A DNA stretch of 64,000 bases from Alphaproteobacteria bacterium. GTDB taxonomy: Bacteria > Pseudomonadota > Alphaproteobacteria > JAAXGF01. The DNA is taken from positions 992,001 to 1,056,000 of the forward strand of contig CAUVXB020000001.1 in the NCBI GenBank assembly GCA_963555825.3. Direction: 5' to 3'. Positions 39,157 through 53,749 of this stretch are shown in pieces. Position numbers and translations under genes: made by a program. Position 1 is the first letter of the stretch; every line of letters begins with the position of its first letter. Under the pieces are notes generated by a model. The model worked only from the letters and a program-made list of their open reading frames with translations, was not told the DNA's origin and made no database searches.

Positions 39157-41091
39157 TTACACCCCCGGCCCCAGCAGGTACCAGGTGACCAGCCCGGCAA
39201 CGCCGATCAACATGGCGAATGCGTAGTGATAAAGGTAACCGGTCTGCAGCCGTGTCGCCCGGCGCGCCAGGTCGAGCACCGCGGCGGCGATGCCGTCGGG
39301 TCCGACGCCGTCGATGACAGCGCCGTCGCCGCCCTTCCAGAATCCCCGGCCCAGGTAGTTGGCGCCGCGCACGAACACGATGTCGTAGAGTTCGTCGAAA
39401 TACCATTTGTTGAGCAGGAACAGATAGACCGGCCGGCATTGCGCGACGATGCGCGCCGGCAGCCCGGGCGCCGACATGTACATGACATAGGCGATCGCGA
39501 TGCCGACCGCGCCGACCGCGAGCGGCAAGCCCTTGACCCACGCCGGTACGTGATGCGCCGCCTCGAGCACGTTGTTCTTGGCGAGCACGACGATGCTGCC
39601 GCGCCAGAACGCGCCGTCGGCGTCGACCATGCCGAGCTGCACGCCGATGTAGCCCGAGAAGATCGCGCCGAGCGCCAGGAGAATGAGCGGAATGGTCATC
39701 ACCTTGGGCGATTCGTGGACATGCGCCAAGACCTTCTCGTCGGCGCGCGACGCGCCGTGGAAAGTCATGAACAAGAGCCGCCAGGAATAGAACGCGGTCA
39801 TGATCGCCGCCGCGATGCCCAGCCAGAAAGCGTAATAGCCGATCCCCGATTGCGCCGCGAAGGCCGATTCGAGGATCATGTCCTTCGAGAAGTAGCCGGC
39901 GAAGAACGGCACGCCGGCAAGCGCCAGGCTGCCGACCCACATGACGCCGTAGGTCAGCGGGATCATCTTCCACAAACCGCCCATCTTGCGCATGTCCTGC
40001 TCGGCCGACATGGCGTGGATCACCGAGCCGGCGCCGAGGAACAAGAGCGCCTTGAAGAAGGCGTGGGTCGTCAGATGGAAGATGCCGGCGGAATAGGCCG
40101 AGACGCCGCAGGCGAAGAACATGTAGCCGAGCTGGCTGCAAGTCGAATAGGCGATGACCCGCTTGATGTCGGTTTGGCAGGTCGCGATGGTCGCCGCGAA
40201 GAAAGCAGTGCTGGCGCCGACCACGGCGACGACGGCGAGCGCGGTCGGCGAAAGCTCGAACAACGGCGAGAGCCTGGCCACCATGAAGACGCCCGCGGTC
40301 ACCATGGTCGCCGCATGGATCAGCGCCGAGACCGGCGTCGGGCCTTCCATCGCATCGGGCAGCCAGGTGTGCAGGCCGAGCTGCGCCGACTTTCCCATGG
40401 CGCCGACGAACAGCAGCAGGCAGATCAGCGTCAGCGTGTCGAACTGGACGCCGAGGAACTCGATCGTCGTGCCGACGTACTCGGGCGCGGCGGCGAACAC
40501 CGCGTCGAAGGTCACCGCGTTGAAGACGAAGAAGATCGCCAGGATGCCGAGCGAGAAGCCGAAGTCGCCGACACGGTTGACCAGGAACGCCTTGATCGCC
40601 GCGGCGTTGGCCGCCGGTCGCGTGTACCAGAAACCGATCAGCAGGTACGAGCACAGGCCGACGCCTTCCCAACCGAAGAACATCTGCACCAGGTTGTCGG
40701 CGCTGACCAGCATCAGCATCGAGAAGGTGAACAGGCTGAGATAGGCGAAGAACCGCGGGATGTGCGGGTCGTGCGACATGTAGCCGATCGAATAGACGTG
40801 GATGATGAACGACACGGTGGCGACGACGGTGATCATCACCGCCGAGAGCGTATCGAAGCGCAGCGACCACGCCGCCTCGAAGGCGCCTGAATCGATCCAG
40901 GTGATCGGTTCGACGGTTATCGTCCGGCCGAGCAACGCGACGTCGTAGAACACCAGCCACGAGGCCAGCATGGCGATCGCCATGAAGACGCAGGTGATGA
41001 TCGCCGCGGCACGGTCGCCCAGCGCACGGCCGAAGAAGCCGGCGATGATTGCGCCGATCAGTGGTGAAATGACAGAAGCGGCGTGCAACAT
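39157..41091 (-). CDS. nuoL: NADH-quinone oxidoreductase subunit L
   Basis: GKSAQLGLHTWLPDAMEGPTPVSALIHAATMV, HAFFKALLFL. Confidence 0.97.
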   Translation of the reverse strand: MLHAASVISPLIGAIIAGFFGRALGDRAAAIITCVFMAIAMLASWLVFYDVALLGRTITVEPITWIDSGAFEAAWSLRFDTLSAVMITVVATVSFIIHVYSIGYMSHDPHIPRFFAYLSLFTFSMLMLVSADNLVQMFFGWEGVGLCSYLLIGFWYTRPAANAAAIKAFLVNRVGDFGFSLGILAIFFVFNAVTFDAVFAAAPEYVGTTIEFLGVQFDTLTLICLLLFVGAMGKSAQLGLHTWLPDAMEGPTPVSALIHAATMVTAGVFMVARLSPLFELSPTALAVVAVVGASTAFFAATIATCQTDIKRVIAYSTCSQLGYMFFACGVSAYSAGIFHLTTHAFFKALLFLGAGSVIHAMSAEQDMRKMGGLWKMIPLTYGVMWVGSLALAGVPFFAGYFSKDMILESAFAAQSGIGYYAFWLGIAAAIMTAFYSWRLLFMTFHGASRADEKVLAHVHESPKVMTIPLILLALGAIFSGYIGVQLGMVDADGAFWRGSIVVLAKNNVLEAAHHVPAWVKGLPLAVGAVGIAIAYVMYMSAPGLPARIVAQCRPVYLFLLNKWYFDELYDIVFVRGANYLGRGFWKGGDGAVIDGVGPDGIAAAVLDLARRATRLQTGYLYHYAFAMLIGVAGLVTWYLLGPGV

Positions 41092-41096
41092 GTCGC

Positions 41097-41405
41097 TCAG
41101 CCCTTCATCACGTTGATGTCCTCGACCTCGATCGAGCCGCGATTGCGGAAATAGACGACCAGGATTGCGAGACCGATGGCGGCCTCGGCCGCCGCGACGG
41201 TGAGCACGAACATGGCGAACACCTGGCCGGTCAGATCACCCAGATGGGTCGAGAACGCGACCAGGTTGATATTTACCGCAAGCAGCATCAGCTCGATCGA
41301 CATCAAGATGATGATGACGTTCTTCCGATTGAGGAAGATGCCGAAGATGCCGAGCGTGAACAGGATCGCCGCGACAGCCAGGTAATGGGACAGGCCGACG
41401 GCCAT
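41097..41405 (-). CDS. nuoK: NADH-quinone oxidoreductase subunit K
   Basis: [20 protein letters not shown]. Confidence 0.96.
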   Translation of the reverse strand: MAVGLSHYLAVAAILFTLGIFGIFLNRKNVIIILMSIELMLLAVNINLVAFSTHLGDLTGQVFAMFVLTVAAAEAAIGLAILVVYFRNRGSIEVEDINVMKG

Positions 41406-42013
41406 TACGCACCCTCCCCCGGCGAAACCTTCTTGAGCTCGACCGCCTCCTCGCGGGTGCGGCGAACCTGTCGGCCGATGTCTTGCTTCCTGACCCCGGT
41501 GCGCACCCGGTGGGTCAGCACGATGGCGCCGATCATGGCGACCAGCAACACCATGCCGGCGCCCTGGAACAGATAGACGTAATCGGTATAGAGAACCGCG
41601 CCGAGCGCCTCGGTATTGGTCGTCCCGGCCGGCGTCGGCGTCGCGGCCGGCGCCTGGCTGTCGGGCGCCAGGCTCCAGCCGGCGATGACCAGGACCAGTT
41701 CAGTCATCAGCAGGAGGCCGATCATGGCGCCGGTTGGCAGGTATTGGAGGAATCCCTCACGCAGCGCCGTGAGGTTGATGTCGAGCATCATGACGACGAA
41801 CAGGAACAGCACCGCGACCGCGCCGACGTAGACGACGACCAGGATCATCGCCAGGAACTCGGCGCCCATCAGCACGAACAGCCCCGCCGAATTGCAGAAG
41901 GCGAGGATTAGGAACAGCACAGAATGCACCGGATTGCGCGCGGCGATGACCATCACCGCGGCACCGACGGTGACGCCGGCGAACATATAGAAGGCGAGCG
42001 TCGCGATGATCAT
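41405..42013 (-). CDS. nuoJ: NADH-quinone oxidoreductase subunit J
   Basis: [25 protein letters not shown]. Start moved to ATG 42013. Confidence 0.95.
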   Translation of the reverse strand: MIIATLAFYMFAGVTVGAAVMVIAARNPVHSVLFLILAFCNSAGLFVLMGAEFLAMILVVVYVGAVAVLFLFVVMMLDINLTALREGFLQYLPTGAMIGLLLMTELVLVIAGWSLAPDSQAPAATPTPAGTTNTEALGAVLYTDYVYLFQGAGMVLLVAMIGAIVLTHRVRTGVRKQDIGRQVRRTREEAVELKKVSPGEGA

Positions 42014-42060
42014 CGCCGTGCCTCCGTCTCCGTGGTGTCGATCCGGCTCATTCGCACGGC

Positions 42061-42549
42061 CTAGCGATACGGCGCATCGGCGGCCAGGTTGGCGGCGATC
42101 GCCGCTTCCCAGCGATCGCCGTTGGCGAGCAGCTTCTCCTTGTCGTAGAGCAACTCCTCGTGGGTCTCGGTGGCGTACTCGAAGTTTGGTCCCTCGACGA
42201 TGGCGTCCACCGGACAGGCTTCCTGGCAGAAACCGCAGTAGATGCATTTGGTCATGTCGATATCGTAGCGCGTCGTGCGCCGGCTGCCGTCCTCGCGCGG
42301 CTCGGCCTCGATGGTGATCGCCAGCGCCGGACAGACCGCCTCGCACAGCTTGCAGGCGATGCAGCGCTCCTCGCCGTTGGCGTAGCGGCGAAGCGCGTGC
42401 TCACCGCGGAAGCGCGGCCCCAGCGGCCCCTTCTCGTGCGGATAGTTGATGGTCGCCTTGCGGGTGAAGAAATAGCGCAACGTCACCGACATGCCCTTGG
42501 CCAGTTCGACCAGCAGGAGCGTCCGTGCGGCGCGGTCCAAGAATGTCAT
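42061..42549 (-). CDS. nuoI: NADH-quinone oxidoreductase subunit I
   Basis: [12 protein letters not shown] and [12 protein letters not shown]. Start moved to ATG 42549. Confidence 0.97.
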   Translation of the reverse strand: MTFLDRAARTLLLVELAKGMSVTLRYFFTRKATINYPHEKGPLGPRFRGEHALRRYANGEERCIACKLCEAVCPALAITIEAEPREDGSRRTTRYDIDMTKCIYCGFCQEACPVDAIVEGPNFEYATETHEELLYDKEKLLANGDRWEAAIAANLAADAPYR

Positions 42550-42565
42550 GGTTATCTCCTCACCG

Positions 42566-43576
42566 TCATTTCGGCACCCAGTCGAAGGCAACCAGCACAC
42601 CCGAATAGACCGCGACGGCGCCCAGCGACAGCGGCAGGAAGACCTTCCAGCCAAGGCGCATGAGCTGGTCGTAGCGGTAGCGCGGGAAGGTCGCGCGGAT
42701 CCACAGATAGAGGAACAGGAGCGTGGCGACCTTGCCGGCGAACCAGATCGGCCCGGGGATCCAGTTGAACGGCGCGATGTCGAACGGCGGCAGCCAGCCG
42801 CCCAGGAACAGGATCGTCGTCATGCCGCACATCAGGATCATGGCGGCGTATTCGCCAAGGAAGAACAGCGCGAATGTCATCGCCGAATACTCGACGTTGT
42901 AGCCGGCGACCAGCTCGGCCTCGGCCTCGGGCAGGTCGAATGGCGCGCGGTTGGTCTCGGCCAGCGTCGAGATGAAGAAGATGACGAACATCGGAAACAG
43001 CGGAATGAAGAACCACAGGTCGCGCTGCGCAAGCACGATGTCGGTAAGCCTGAGCGAGCCGACGCAGACCAGCACCGTGATGATGACGAAGCCCATCGAG
43101 ACCTCGTAGGACACCATCTGCGCGGCCGAGCGCAGGGCGCCCAGGAAGGCGAAGCGCGAATTGCTCGCCCAGCCCGCCATGATGATGCCGTAGACGCCGA
43201 GCGAGGAAATCGCGAAGAGATAGAGCATGCCGACGTTGAGATCGGCGATCACCCAGCCCTCGTTGACCGGCATGACGGCCCAGGCGACCAGGGCGAGCAC
43301 GAAGGTCAGCATCGGCGCCATGATGAACAGCACCTTGTTGGCGCCGGACGGGACGATGGTTTCCTTGGTCATCAGCTTCAGCGCGTCGGCGATCGGCTGC
43401 AAGAGACCGAACGGGCCGACGACGTTGGGGCCCTTGCGGATCTGCATGGCGGCGATCACCTTGCGCTCGAAATAGGTGAGATAGGCAACGCTGATCATCA
43501 GCGGCACGAGCAGCGCGACGATCCCCGCGACGATGATCACGCCCGGCCAGATGAAGCCATTCCACAGCTCAACCAT
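42566..43576 (-). CDS. nuoH: NADH-quinone oxidoreductase subunit H
   Basis: [44 protein letters not shown]. Confidence 0.97.
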   Translation of the reverse strand: MVELWNGFIWPGVIIVAGIVALLVPLMISVAYLTYFERKVIAAMQIRKGPNVVGPFGLLQPIADALKLMTKETIVPSGANKVLFIMAPMLTFVLALVAWAVMPVNEGWVIADLNVGMLYLFAISSLGVYGIIMAGWASNSRFAFLGALRSAAQMVSYEVSMGFVIITVLVCVGSLRLTDIVLAQRDLWFFIPLFPMFVIFFISTLAETNRAPFDLPEAEAELVAGYNVEYSAMTFALFFLGEYAAMILMCGMTTILFLGGWLPPFDIAPFNWIPGPIWFAGKVATLLFLYLWIRATFPRYRYDQLMRLGWKVFLPLSLGAVAVYSGVLVAFDWVPK

Positions 43577-45632
43577 CGGTGCCAGTCGCTCCCTTGCGCG
43601 GCGCGACGAACAGCGCGCTGCACTCGGCCATGGTCGGCGAGGCGCGGCTGATCGAGTCGGTCATGTAGAAGTTCGTCATCGGCATCGTGAACGGCGTTGC
43701 GTCCATCGTGCCTGCGGCGCCGAAGGGCTGCCATTCGGCGGGCGTGACGTCGTCGACGTCGGCGAGCTGCGGCGCGATCTCGGCCATACGGACGCGAACG
43801 CCGCGCAGCTTGTCGTAGGCCAAGGATTGGCCCATCGCGGCCGACAATGCGCGCAGAACCTTCCAGTCCTCGCGCGCCGCGCCCGGCGGAAACACGGCGA
43901 GCCGGGTCCGCTGCGGTCGGCCCTCGGTGTTGACGTAGGTCGCGTTCTTCTCGGTATAGGCGGCGCCCGGCAGGATGACGTCGGCGCGGTGCGCGCCGCG
44001 GTCGCCGTGGTGGCCCTGATAGACGACGAACGCATCGCCCAGGCGCTCGGTGTCGATCTCATCGGCGCCCAGCAGATAGACCAGCTCGATGTCGCCGGCC
44101 GCCGCGCCGTCGAGGATAGCGCCGGCATCCCGGCCACCCTCGCCTGGCACCAGGCCGAGATCGAGGCCCGCGACCCGCCCCGCCGCGCAGTGCAGCACGT
44201 TGAAGCCGTTCCAATCATCGCGGACCATGCCGTAGGCCTCGGCGATGGCGCGTGCGGTGGCCAACACCGTGGCCCCGTCGGGTCTCGCCAGCGCGCCCAT
44301 GCCGACGACGATCATAGGCCGCGCGGCGGTGCGTAAAATTTCGCAAAATGAATGCGTTCCGGCGAGTATCTCACCTAATGTTTCAGGTCCGGCGCCGAGC
44401 AGGTCGGCCCTGTAGGTAAGATCCATTGCCGGGCCGACGACGCCGATGCGGAAGCCACCCATGAGATAGCGTTTGCGCAACCGGGCATTGACCAGCGGCG
44501 CCTCGTAGCGCGGGTTCGTGCCGACCAGCAGGCAGGCATCGGCGTCCTCGATTCCGGCGATCGTCGTGTTGAACAGATAGCCCGCGCGCACCGCTGGATC
44601 GAGCTTGGCGCCGTCCTGCCGGCAATCGAGATGGGGCGAACCCAGGGCCGCCATCAGGTCCTTCAACGCGACCATCGCCTCGGCGTCGGCGAGGTCGCCG
44701 GCGAGCGCCGCGATCCGACCGCCCGCGAGACCCTTGGCGCGCTCGGCGACGGCGCCGAGCGCTTCGTCCCAGCCGACCGCCTCGAGGCGGCCGTCGCGCC
44801 GCACCATCGGCGTATCGAGGCGTTGCAGGCGCAGCCCGTCGTTGGCGAAGCGCGTCTTGTCGGAGATCCACTCCTCGTTGACGTCTTCGTTGAGCCGGGG
44901 CAACACGCGCATGACCGTCGCGCCTCGCGCATCGACCCGGATGTTGCTGCCGACGGCGTCGTGCACGTCGATCGTCTCGGTGCGCTGCAGTTCCCACGAA
45001 CGGGCCGCGAAGGCGTAGGGTTTCGACGTCAGCGCGCCGACCGGGCAAAGGTCGATGATGTTGCCCGACAATTCCGAGCTCAACGCCTTCTCGATATAGG
45101 TGTCGATCTCCATGTGCTCGCCGCGATTGACGACGCCGAGTTCGGTGACGCCGGCGATATCGTCGAGGAAGCGGACGCACCGCGTGCAGTGGATGCAGCG
45201 CGTCATGAAGGTCTTGACGAGCGGCCCGAGGTCCTTCTCCTTGACCGCGCGTTTGTGCTCGCCGAAGCGTTTGCTGCCGCGGCCGAACGCCATCGCCTGA
45301 TCCTGCAAATCGCATTCACCGCCCTGATCGCAGATCGGGCAGTCGAGCGGATGGTTGATGAGCAGGAACTCCATCACCCCTTCCCGGGCCTTCTTGACCA
45401 GAGCCGTGTCCGTCTTGATCACCATGCCATCGCCGGCCGGCATGGCGCACGACGCGATCGGCTTGGGAGAACGCTCCATCTCGACCAGGCACATGCGGCA
45501 GTTGCCGGCGATGGCGAGCTTGTCGTGGTAGCAAAATCGCGGCACGTCGACGCCGGCGAGTTCGCAGGCCTGCAGCACCGTCATGCCCTGCGCGACTTCG
45601 ATTTCCCGTCCATCGATGGTGAGTGTCGGCAT
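43569..45632 (-). CDS. nuoG: NADH-quinone oxidoreductase subunit G
   Basis: [40 protein letters not shown]. Confidence 0.97.
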   Translation of the reverse strand: MPTLTIDGREIEVAQGMTVLQACELAGVDVPRFCYHDKLAIAGNCRMCLVEMERSPKPIASCAMPAGDGMVIKTDTALVKKAREGVMEFLLINHPLDCPICDQGGECDLQDQAMAFGRGSKRFGEHKRAVKEKDLGPLVKTFMTRCIHCTRCVRFLDDIAGVTELGVVNRGEHMEIDTYIEKALSSELSGNIIDLCPVGALTSKPYAFAARSWELQRTETIDVHDAVGSNIRVDARGATVMRVLPRLNEDVNEEWISDKTRFANDGLRLQRLDTPMVRRDGRLEAVGWDEALGAVAERAKGLAGGRIAALAGDLADAEAMVALKDLMAALGSPHLDCRQDGAKLDPAVRAGYLFNTTIAGIEDADACLLVGTNPRYEAPLVNARLRKRYLMGGFRIGVVGPAMDLTYRADLLGAGPETLGEILAGTHSFCEILRTAARPMIVVGMGALARPDGATVLATARAIAEAYGMVRDDWNGFNVLHCAAGRVAGLDLGLVPGEGGRDAGAILDGAAAGDIELVYLLGADEIDTERLGDAFVVYQGHHGDRGAHRADVILPGAAYTEKNATYVNTEGRPQRTRLAVFPPGAAREDWKVLRALSAAMGQSLAYDKLRGVRVRMAEIAPQLADVDDVTPAEWQPFGAAGTMDATPFTMPMTNFYMTDSISRASPTMAECSALFVAPRKGATGTDG

Positions 45633-45642
45633 GGTCGGTTCC

Positions 45643-46935
45643 TCAGGCGGCCTGCGGCGACGTCGACGACGTCTTGCGCTCGACGATGCGATGCTCGAGT
45701 ACGGACCGGAAATGCCGGATCAGGCCCTGCACCGGCCACGCCGCGGCGTCGCCCAGCGCGCAGATCGTGTGGCCTTCGACTTGGTACGATACGTCGAGCA
45801 ACAGGTCGATCTCCTCGACCTCGGCGTCGCCCTCGGCGATGCGTTCGAGCACGCGCCACATCCACCCGGTGCCCTCACGGCATGGCGTGCACTGGCCGCA
45901 GCTCTCGTGCATATAGAAGTGCGCCAGCCGCGCGATTGCCCTGATCACGTCGGTCGAGGAGTCCATCACCGTAACCGCAGCGGTGCCGAGGCCCGATTTC
46001 ACCTCGACCAGCGAATCGAAGTCCATCAGCACGGTGTCGCAGATCGATTTCGGGATCAGCGGCACCGACGAGCCGCCCGGGATGACCGCGAGCAGATTGT
46101 CCCAGCCGCCGCGCACACCGCCGGCGTGCTTCTCAATGAGCTCCTTCAGGGGGATGCCCATCTCTTCCTCGACGTTGCACGGATTGTTGACGTGGCCCGA
46201 GATGCAAAACAGCTTGGTGCCGGTGTTGCGCGGCCGACCCAAGCCGGCGAACCAGGCCGGACCGCGGCGCAGGATGGTCGGCGCGACGGCGATCGTCTCG
46301 ACGTTGTTGACCGTCGTCGGACAGCCCCAGACGCCGGCCGCGGCGGGGAACGGCGGCTTGAGGCGCGGCTGCCCTTTCTTGCCTTCGAGGCTCTCGATCA
46401 GCGCAGTCTCCTCACCGCAGATATAGGCGCCGGCGCCGCGATGCAGATAGACGTCGAAGTCGTAGCCCAAGCCGCAGGCGTTCTTGCCGATCAGCCCGGC
46501 CGCGTAGGCCTCGTCGATCGCGGTCTGCAGATAGCGCGCCTCGGCGATGAACTCGCCGCGGATGTAGATGTAGGCCGCGCAGGCGCCCATCCCAAAGCCG
46601 GCCAGGAGGCAGCCCTCGACCAGCTTGTGCGGGTCGCCGCGCATGATCTCGCGGTCCTTGCAGGTGCCCGGCTCGCTCTCGTCGGCGTTGACCACCAGAT
46701 AGGCTGGCCGGTCGCCCGGCTCCTTGGGCATGAACGACCACTTGAGGCCGGTCGGGAAGCCTGCGCCACCACGTCCGCGCAGCTCGGAGTTCTTGATCTG
46801 CTCGACGATCCACTCGCGGCCCTTGGTCATGAGTTCCTTGGTGCCGTCCCAGTCGCCGCGCTTCAAGGCGCCCGGCAGATGCCAGTCCTCCAAGCCATAA
46901 AGGTTGGTGAAGATGCGGTTCTCGTCGCGCAGCAT
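45643..46935 (-). CDS. nuoF: NADH-quinone oxidoreductase subunit F
   Basis: [38 protein letters not shown]. Confidence 0.97.
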   Translation of the reverse strand: MLRDENRIFTNLYGLEDWHLPGALKRGDWDGTKELMTKGREWIVEQIKNSELRGRGGAGFPTGLKWSFMPKEPGDRPAYLVVNADESEPGTCKDREIMRGDPHKLVEGCLLAGFGMGACAAYIYIRGEFIAEARYLQTAIDEAYAAGLIGKNACGLGYDFDVYLHRGAGAYICGEETALIESLEGKKGQPRLKPPFPAAAGVWGCPTTVNNVETIAVAPTILRRGPAWFAGLGRPRNTGTKLFCISGHVNNPCNVEEEMGIPLKELIEKHAGGVRGGWDNLLAVIPGGSSVPLIPKSICDTVLMDFDSLVEVKSGLGTAAVTVMDSSTDVIRAIARLAHFYMHESCGQCTPCREGTGWMWRVLERIAEGDAEVEEIDLLLDVSYQVEGHTICALGDAAAWPVQGLIRHFRSVLEHRIVERKTSSTSPQAA

Positions 46936-47531
46936 TACGGCCCCTCCGCCCGCTGTTGGTGTTTCAGCGTGGTCAGCGCGCCGACCGGCTCCGACGAGAC
47001 GCGCCCGGTCTGCGACCCGGTCTTGGGCTGCTCGCCCTTCATGAGGGTCTCGAGCACATTCCGTGTCGCATCGGCGTCGAGGTCCTCATAGAAGTCGTCG
47101 TTGATCTGCATCATTGGCGCGTTGCAGCAGGCGCCGAGACATTCGACCTCCATCAGCGTGAATAGCCCGTCCTCGGTCGTTTCGCCGATGCCGATGCCGA
47201 GAAAATCCCGGCAGGCATTCAAAACATCCTCCGAGCCGCGCAGCCAGCACGGCGTCGTGCGGCACAGCTGCACCAGGTGCCGACCGACCGGCTTGGTGTT
47301 GTACATGGTGTAGAAGGTTGCGACCTCGTAGACGCGGATGCGCGGCATGTCGAGGTAGTCGGCGACGTAGTCGAGAACCTCCCGCGGCAGCCAGCCGCCG
47401 GCCTGGCGCTGCGCCAGATCAAGGAGCGGCATCACGGCGCTTTGTTGCCGGCCTTCGGGATAGCGCGCGATGAACACCGCCGCCTGCTCGGCGTTCTCTG
47501 GCGAAAACGTGAAGCTCGTGTCCGCGCTCAC
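46935..47531 (-). CDS. nuoE: NADH-quinone oxidoreductase subunit E
   Basis: [20 protein letters not shown]; GTG start overlaps the nuoD stop. Confidence 0.95.
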   Translation of the reverse strand: MSADTSFTFSPENAEQAAVFIARYPEGRQQSAVMPLLDLAQRQAGGWLPREVLDYVADYLDMPRIRVYEVATFYTMYNTKPVGRHLVQLCRTTPCWLRGSEDVLNACRDFLGIGIGETTEDGLFTLMEVECLGACCNAPMMQINDDFYEDLDADATRNVLETLMKGEQPKTGSQTGRVSSEPVGALTTLKHQQRAEGP

Positions 47532-48706
47532 CGGTCGATCTCGCCGAAGACGATGTCCTGGGTGCCGATGATCGTCACCACATCGGCGAGCATATGCCCC
47601 CTGGACATGAAGTCGAGGCCCTGGAGATGGGCGAAGCCGGGCGCCCTGATCTTGCAGCGGTAGGGCCGGTTGCTGCCGTCGGCAATGAGATAGACGCCGA
47701 ATTCGCCCTTTGGCGCCTCGACCGCGGTATAGGTCTCGCCCGCCGGCACGTGATAGCCCTCGGTGTAGAGCTTGAAGTGGTGGATCAACGCTTCCATCGA
47801 GCGCTTCATCTCGGCGCGCGGCGGCGGCGCGATCTTGCGATCCTCGGTCTTGATCGGCCCTTCGGGCATCTCGGCGAGGCACTGGTCGATGATCCGCATG
47901 CTCTGGCGCATCTCGTCCATGCGCACGACATAGCGGTCGTAACAGTCGCCGTTCTTGCCGACCGGGATGTCGAAGTCCATGCGGTTGTAGACGTCGTAGG
48001 GCTGCGCCTTGCGTAAGTCCCAGGCGATGCCCGAGCCGCGCAGCATGGCGCCAGAGAAGCCCCAGTCCATCGCCTCCTCGGGCGACACGACGCCGATGTC
48101 GACGGTGCGCTGTTTCCAAATGCGGTTATCGGTCAGGACGTTCTCGATGTCGTCGAGGCGCTTGGCAAACCCGACGTTGAACTCGGCGATGCGGCCGTCG
48201 AGCCCGGCCGGCATGTCGAGGTGGACGCCGCCCGGACGGATGTAGGCGGCGTGCATGCGCGCGCCCGAGACCGCCTCGTAGAACTCCATCAGCGTCTCGC
48301 GGTCCTCGAACATCCACAGAAATGGCGTCATCGCGCCGACGTCGAGCGCGTGGGTCGAGAGCCAAAGGAGATGATTCAAGATTCGCGTGATCTCGCAGAA
48401 CAGCACGCGGATGTATTGCGCCCGTAAGGGTACGTCGCAGCCGATCAGCTTCTCGACGGCGAGGCTGTAGCAATGCTCCTGCGCCATCATCGAGACATAG
48501 TCGAGACGGTCGAAATAGGGCAGCGCCTGGAGATAGGTCTTGTGCTCGATCAGCTTCTCGGTACCGCGGTGCAGCAACCCGACATGGGGATCGGCGCGCT
48601 CGATGATCTCGCCGTCCATCTCGAGAACCAGGCGCAGCACGCCATGCGCCGCGGGATGCTGCGGTCCGAAGTTGAGCGTGACGTTCTTGATCTGAACTTC
48701 AGCCAT
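47528..48706 (-). CDS. nuoD: NADH-quinone oxidoreductase subunit D
   Basis: [36 protein letters not shown]. Confidence 0.97.
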   Translation of the reverse strand: MAEVQIKNVTLNFGPQHPAAHGVLRLVLEMDGEIIERADPHVGLLHRGTEKLIEHKTYLQALPYFDRLDYVSMMAQEHCYSLAVEKLIGCDVPLRAQYIRVLFCEITRILNHLLWLSTHALDVGAMTPFLWMFEDRETLMEFYEAVSGARMHAAYIRPGGVHLDMPAGLDGRIAEFNVGFAKRLDDIENVLTDNRIWKQRTVDIGVVSPEEAMDWGFSGAMLRGSGIAWDLRKAQPYDVYNRMDFDIPVGKNGDCYDRYVVRMDEMRQSMRIIDQCLAEMPEGPIKTEDRKIAPPPRAEMKRSMEALIHHFKLYTEGYHVPAGETYTAVEAPKGEFGVYLIADGSNRPYRCKIRAPGFAHLQGLDFMSRGHMLADVVTIIGTQDIVFGEIDR

Positions 48707-49310
48707 CTTCGTTGCCCGCCTTCTCGTCGCCCGGCAGGACGTATTCGGCGCTCTCCCACGGGCTCATGAAGTCGAAGCGCCGGAACTCCTGGGTCAACTT
48801 CACGGGTTCGTAGACGACACGTTTCTGCGCCTCGTCGTAGCGCATCTCAACGAAACCGGTGAGCGGGAAATCCTTGCGCATCGGATGCCCTTCGAAACCG
48901 TAATCGGTCAGAATACGGCGCAGGTCGGGGTGGTCCGAAAAATAGATCCCGAAGAGGTCCCAGGCCTCGCGCTCCCACCAGCCGGCCGAATTGAAGACCC
49001 CGGTCACCGACGGCACCGGCGTCTCCTCGTCGGTCGTCAGCTTGATCCGGATGCGCTGATTGTGGCGCAGGCTGAGCAGGTTGTAGACGACCTCGAGACG
49101 CTCGCTACGGCCCGGGTAGTCGACGCCGCAGAGGTCCATCAAGCACTTGAAGTGGCAACCGCTGTCGTCGCGCAGGAAGCTCAACACGCGGACGATCGCG
49201 TTCCGCTGCACCCGCACCATCAGCTCGCCGTGGACGATCTCGACGTCGATGACGGCTTCGGGCAATGCCGCTGCGATATTCTCGCCAAGCTCCTTGAGCG
49301 CTTCAGACAC
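48699..49310 (-). CDS. nuoC: NADH-quinone oxidoreductase subunit C
   Basis: [29 protein letters not shown]. Confidence 0.96.
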   Translation of the reverse strand: MSEALKELGENIAAALPEAVIDVEIVHGELMVRVQRNAIVRVLSFLRDDSGCHFKCLMDLCGVDYPGRSERLEVVYNLLSLRHNQRIRIKLTTDEETPVPSVTGVFNSAGWWEREAWDLFGIYFSDHPDLRRILTDYGFEGHPMRKDFPLTGFVEMRYDEAQKRVVYEPVKLTQEFRRFDFMSPWESAEYVLPGDEKAGNEDG

Positions 49311-49333
49311 GATTTACCTGGCGGCTGGCGCGG

Positions 49334-49882
49334 TTAGCGGAGGATAGTGCCGGTGCGCCGGATCTTCTTCTGCAGTTGCAGAATGCCGTAGAGCAGCGCT
49401 TCGGCGGTGGGGGGACAGCCGGGAACGTAGATGTCGACCGGCACGATACGGTCGCATCCACGCACCACGGAATAGGAATAATGATAGTAGCCGCCGCCGT
49501 TGGCGCAGCTGCCCATCGAGATGACCCAGCGCGGTTCTGCCATCTGGTCGTAAACCTTGCGCAGCGCCGGCGCCATCTTGTTGCACAGCGTGCCGGCGAC
49601 GATCATGACGTCGGACTGGCGCGGGCTGGGCCGGAAAATCACGCCGAATCGATCGAGGTCGTAGCGACTGGCCGCGGTATGCATCATCTCGACCGCACAG
49701 CAGGCGAGCCCGAAGGTCATCGGCCAGAGCGATCCGGTACGCGCCCAGTTGACCAGCTTGTCGACGTTCGAAAGCACGAAGCCCTTGTCGGCTATGGTAT
49801 CGGTGATCGAATGCAGGAGCGCGTCCTGTTCGGCGCCCGGCGCCAGTGGCTGTGCCGGCGCAGCGGTGCTTTCTACTCCCAT
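49334..49882 (-). CDS. nuoB: NADH-quinone oxidoreductase subunit B
   Basis: [31 protein letters not shown]. Start moved to ATG 49882. Confidence 0.97.
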   Translation of the reverse strand: MGVESTAAPAQPLAPGAEQDALLHSITDTIADKGFVLSNVDKLVNWARTGSLWPMTFGLACCAVEMMHTAASRYDLDRFGVIFRPSPRQSDVMIVAGTLCNKMAPALRKVYDQMAEPRWVISMGSCANGGGYYHYSYSVVRGCDRIVPVDIYVPGCPPTAEALLYGILQLQKKIRRTGTILR

Positions 49883-50238
49883 TCCAGTGCCCCCTTCTTC
49901 CACTCGTAGATGAATCCGATGGTGAGCACACCGAGGAAGATCATCATCGACCAGAAGCCGAACAGGCCGATGTCGCCGAGCGCGGTTGCCCAGGGAAACA
50001 GGAACGCGACCTCGAGGTCGAAGATGATGAACAGGAGCGTCACCAGGTAGAAGCGCACATCGAAACGGCTTCGCGAATCGCCGAACGCCTCGAAACCGCA
50101 TTCATAGGACGAGAGTTTCTCGCTGTCCGGCCGCTGCGGCGCGATCAGATACGACATGCCGACCATGGCCATCGCCATGACCGTCGCGATCGCGAAAAAG
50201 ATCAGGATCGGAAGGTATTCAGCCAGCAGCGATTCCAT
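49873..50238 (-). CDS. nuoA: NADH-quinone oxidoreductase subunit A
   Basis: [22 protein letters not shown]. The start could instead be GTG 50244. Confidence 0.96.
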   Translation of the reverse strand: MESLLAEYLPILIFFAIATVMAMAMVGMSYLIAPQRPDSEKLSSYECGFEAFGDSRSRFDVRFYLVTLLFIIFDLEVAFLFPWATALGDIGLFGFWSMMIFLGVLTIGFIYEWKKGALEWE

Positions 50239-50416
50239 CGTCACCCCGCTTCATCCGACCACGCCCAGGCGCGGTCCGTTTGCGATGCACCCGCCCCCGC
50301 GGGGCCGCTGACCGAGACGTGCGCGTTAGCAACCACGCGAACGCCCTGAACACTGCCACACGCTTGGTCATTCCAGACTATGGACCAAGCCCACGGCGCC
50401 ACGCTAAACCGCGGCG

Positions 50417-50493
<77 letters not shown>

Positions 50494-50591
50494 GGAATTC
50501 AACAACGCCGGACGATCGATCGTGTACTTGACGGCCCATAGCGTGTCAAGCGCCCCAGACCGCCATTTTTCCGTCCACCGAACCTTTGGAA

Positions 50592-50667
50592 TGGTGGGCG
50601 ATGACGGGCTCGAACCGCCGACCTCCTCGGTGTAAACGAGGCGCTCTCCCGGCTGAGCTAATCGCCC
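50592..50667 (-). tRNA. tRNA-Val (TAC)
   Basis: GGGCGATTAGCTCAGCCGGGAGAGCGCCTCGTT-TAC-ACCGAGGAGGTCGGCGGTTCGAGCCCGTCATCGCCCACCA. Confidence 0.96.
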
Positions 50668-50689
50668 ATTCGCCGAATTTGATGCAACG

Positions 50690-50729
50690 CAAACAATAAT
50701 GCCGGCCAGTGGGCGTCGACCGGCATTAT
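50690..50729 (-). terminator. probable intrinsic terminator after HU
   Basis: ATAATGCCGG (50696-50705) / CCGGCATTAT (50720-50729) inverted repeat, followed by TGTTT on the minus strand. Confidence 0.55.
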
Positions 50730-50749
50730 CGCATTACGTGCAATCGGGA

Positions 50750-51025
50750 TCAGTAGTTGACGGCTCCCTTCAGCGCCTTGCCGGCCTTGAATTTCGGTTG
50801 TCTCGAAGCCGCGATGTGAATGCGCTCGCCCGTCCGCGGATTCCGCCCCATCGATGCAGCCCGATTCGCAACACTGAAGGTTCCGAATCCGACAAGGCGA
50901 ACCTCACCACCACCGGCGAGGGCGTTCGCGATCGATTCGAAAACGCTGTCCACAGATTTGCCCGCATCGGCTTTGCTCAAACCGGCGGAACCCGCCACAC
51001 TTGCAATGAGCTCGTTTTTGTTCAC
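50750..51025 (-). CDS. hup: DNA-binding protein HU
   Basis: NKNELI, LVGFGTF, GRNPRTGE, PKFKAGKALK; GTG start at 51025; downstream of lon. Confidence 0.95.
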   Translation of the reverse strand: MNKNELIASVAGSAGLSKADAGKSVDSVFESIANALAGGGEVRLVGFGTFSVANRAASMGRNPRTGERIHIAASRQPKFKAGKALKGAVNY

Positions 51026-51026
51026 T

Positions 51027-51042
51027 GTTAAGCCCCCTTTAA
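51027..51042 (-). promoter_or_regulatory. CtrA-type box overlapping the HU ribosome-binding site
   Basis: Minus strand TTAA-AGGGGGC-TTAAC = TTAA-N7-TTAAC. Confidence 0.6.
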
Positions 51043-51226
51043 GGAAGTGATTACGTCCAAATTTTGCGACACGCATATAGCCGCGGTCAGTTTATGCTTG
51101 CGGCGGAGGCGGCGTCAATGTCCGGGGCGCGCAATTCTGCGATTTTCAGCCGATTCCGCACCGATAATCCGAAACCGAGTCGGCGGCCGTGAGGCCGCCG
51201 ACAGGATCGTTCTCTCCGAGGCGGAT

Positions 51227-53626
<2,400 letters not shown>

Positions 53627-53718
53627 AGCGTTAACCTCGCGTGTAGCGACGTGGCCGCAATAGCGGTCACGTCCAATCCTCGACGAATCCTCCCCTTAGA
53701 AGTGGGGCCCCCTTAAAA

Positions 53719-53745
53719 ATGGGGGAAAGACGGGCTCGGTTCAAG
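53719..53745 (-). promoter_or_regulatory. RpoH (sigma-32)-type promoter for lon
   Basis: Minus strand CTTGAA-N15-CCCCAT. Confidence 0.75.
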
Positions 53746-53749
53746 AGCG

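Noticed and set aside
50528-50550. CTTGAC...GTCAAG inverted repeat between tRNA-Val and tRNA-Asp
   Set aside because: Adequately explained by a TTGACA -35 element for tRNA-Asp; the 6-bp arms are too short to call an operator.
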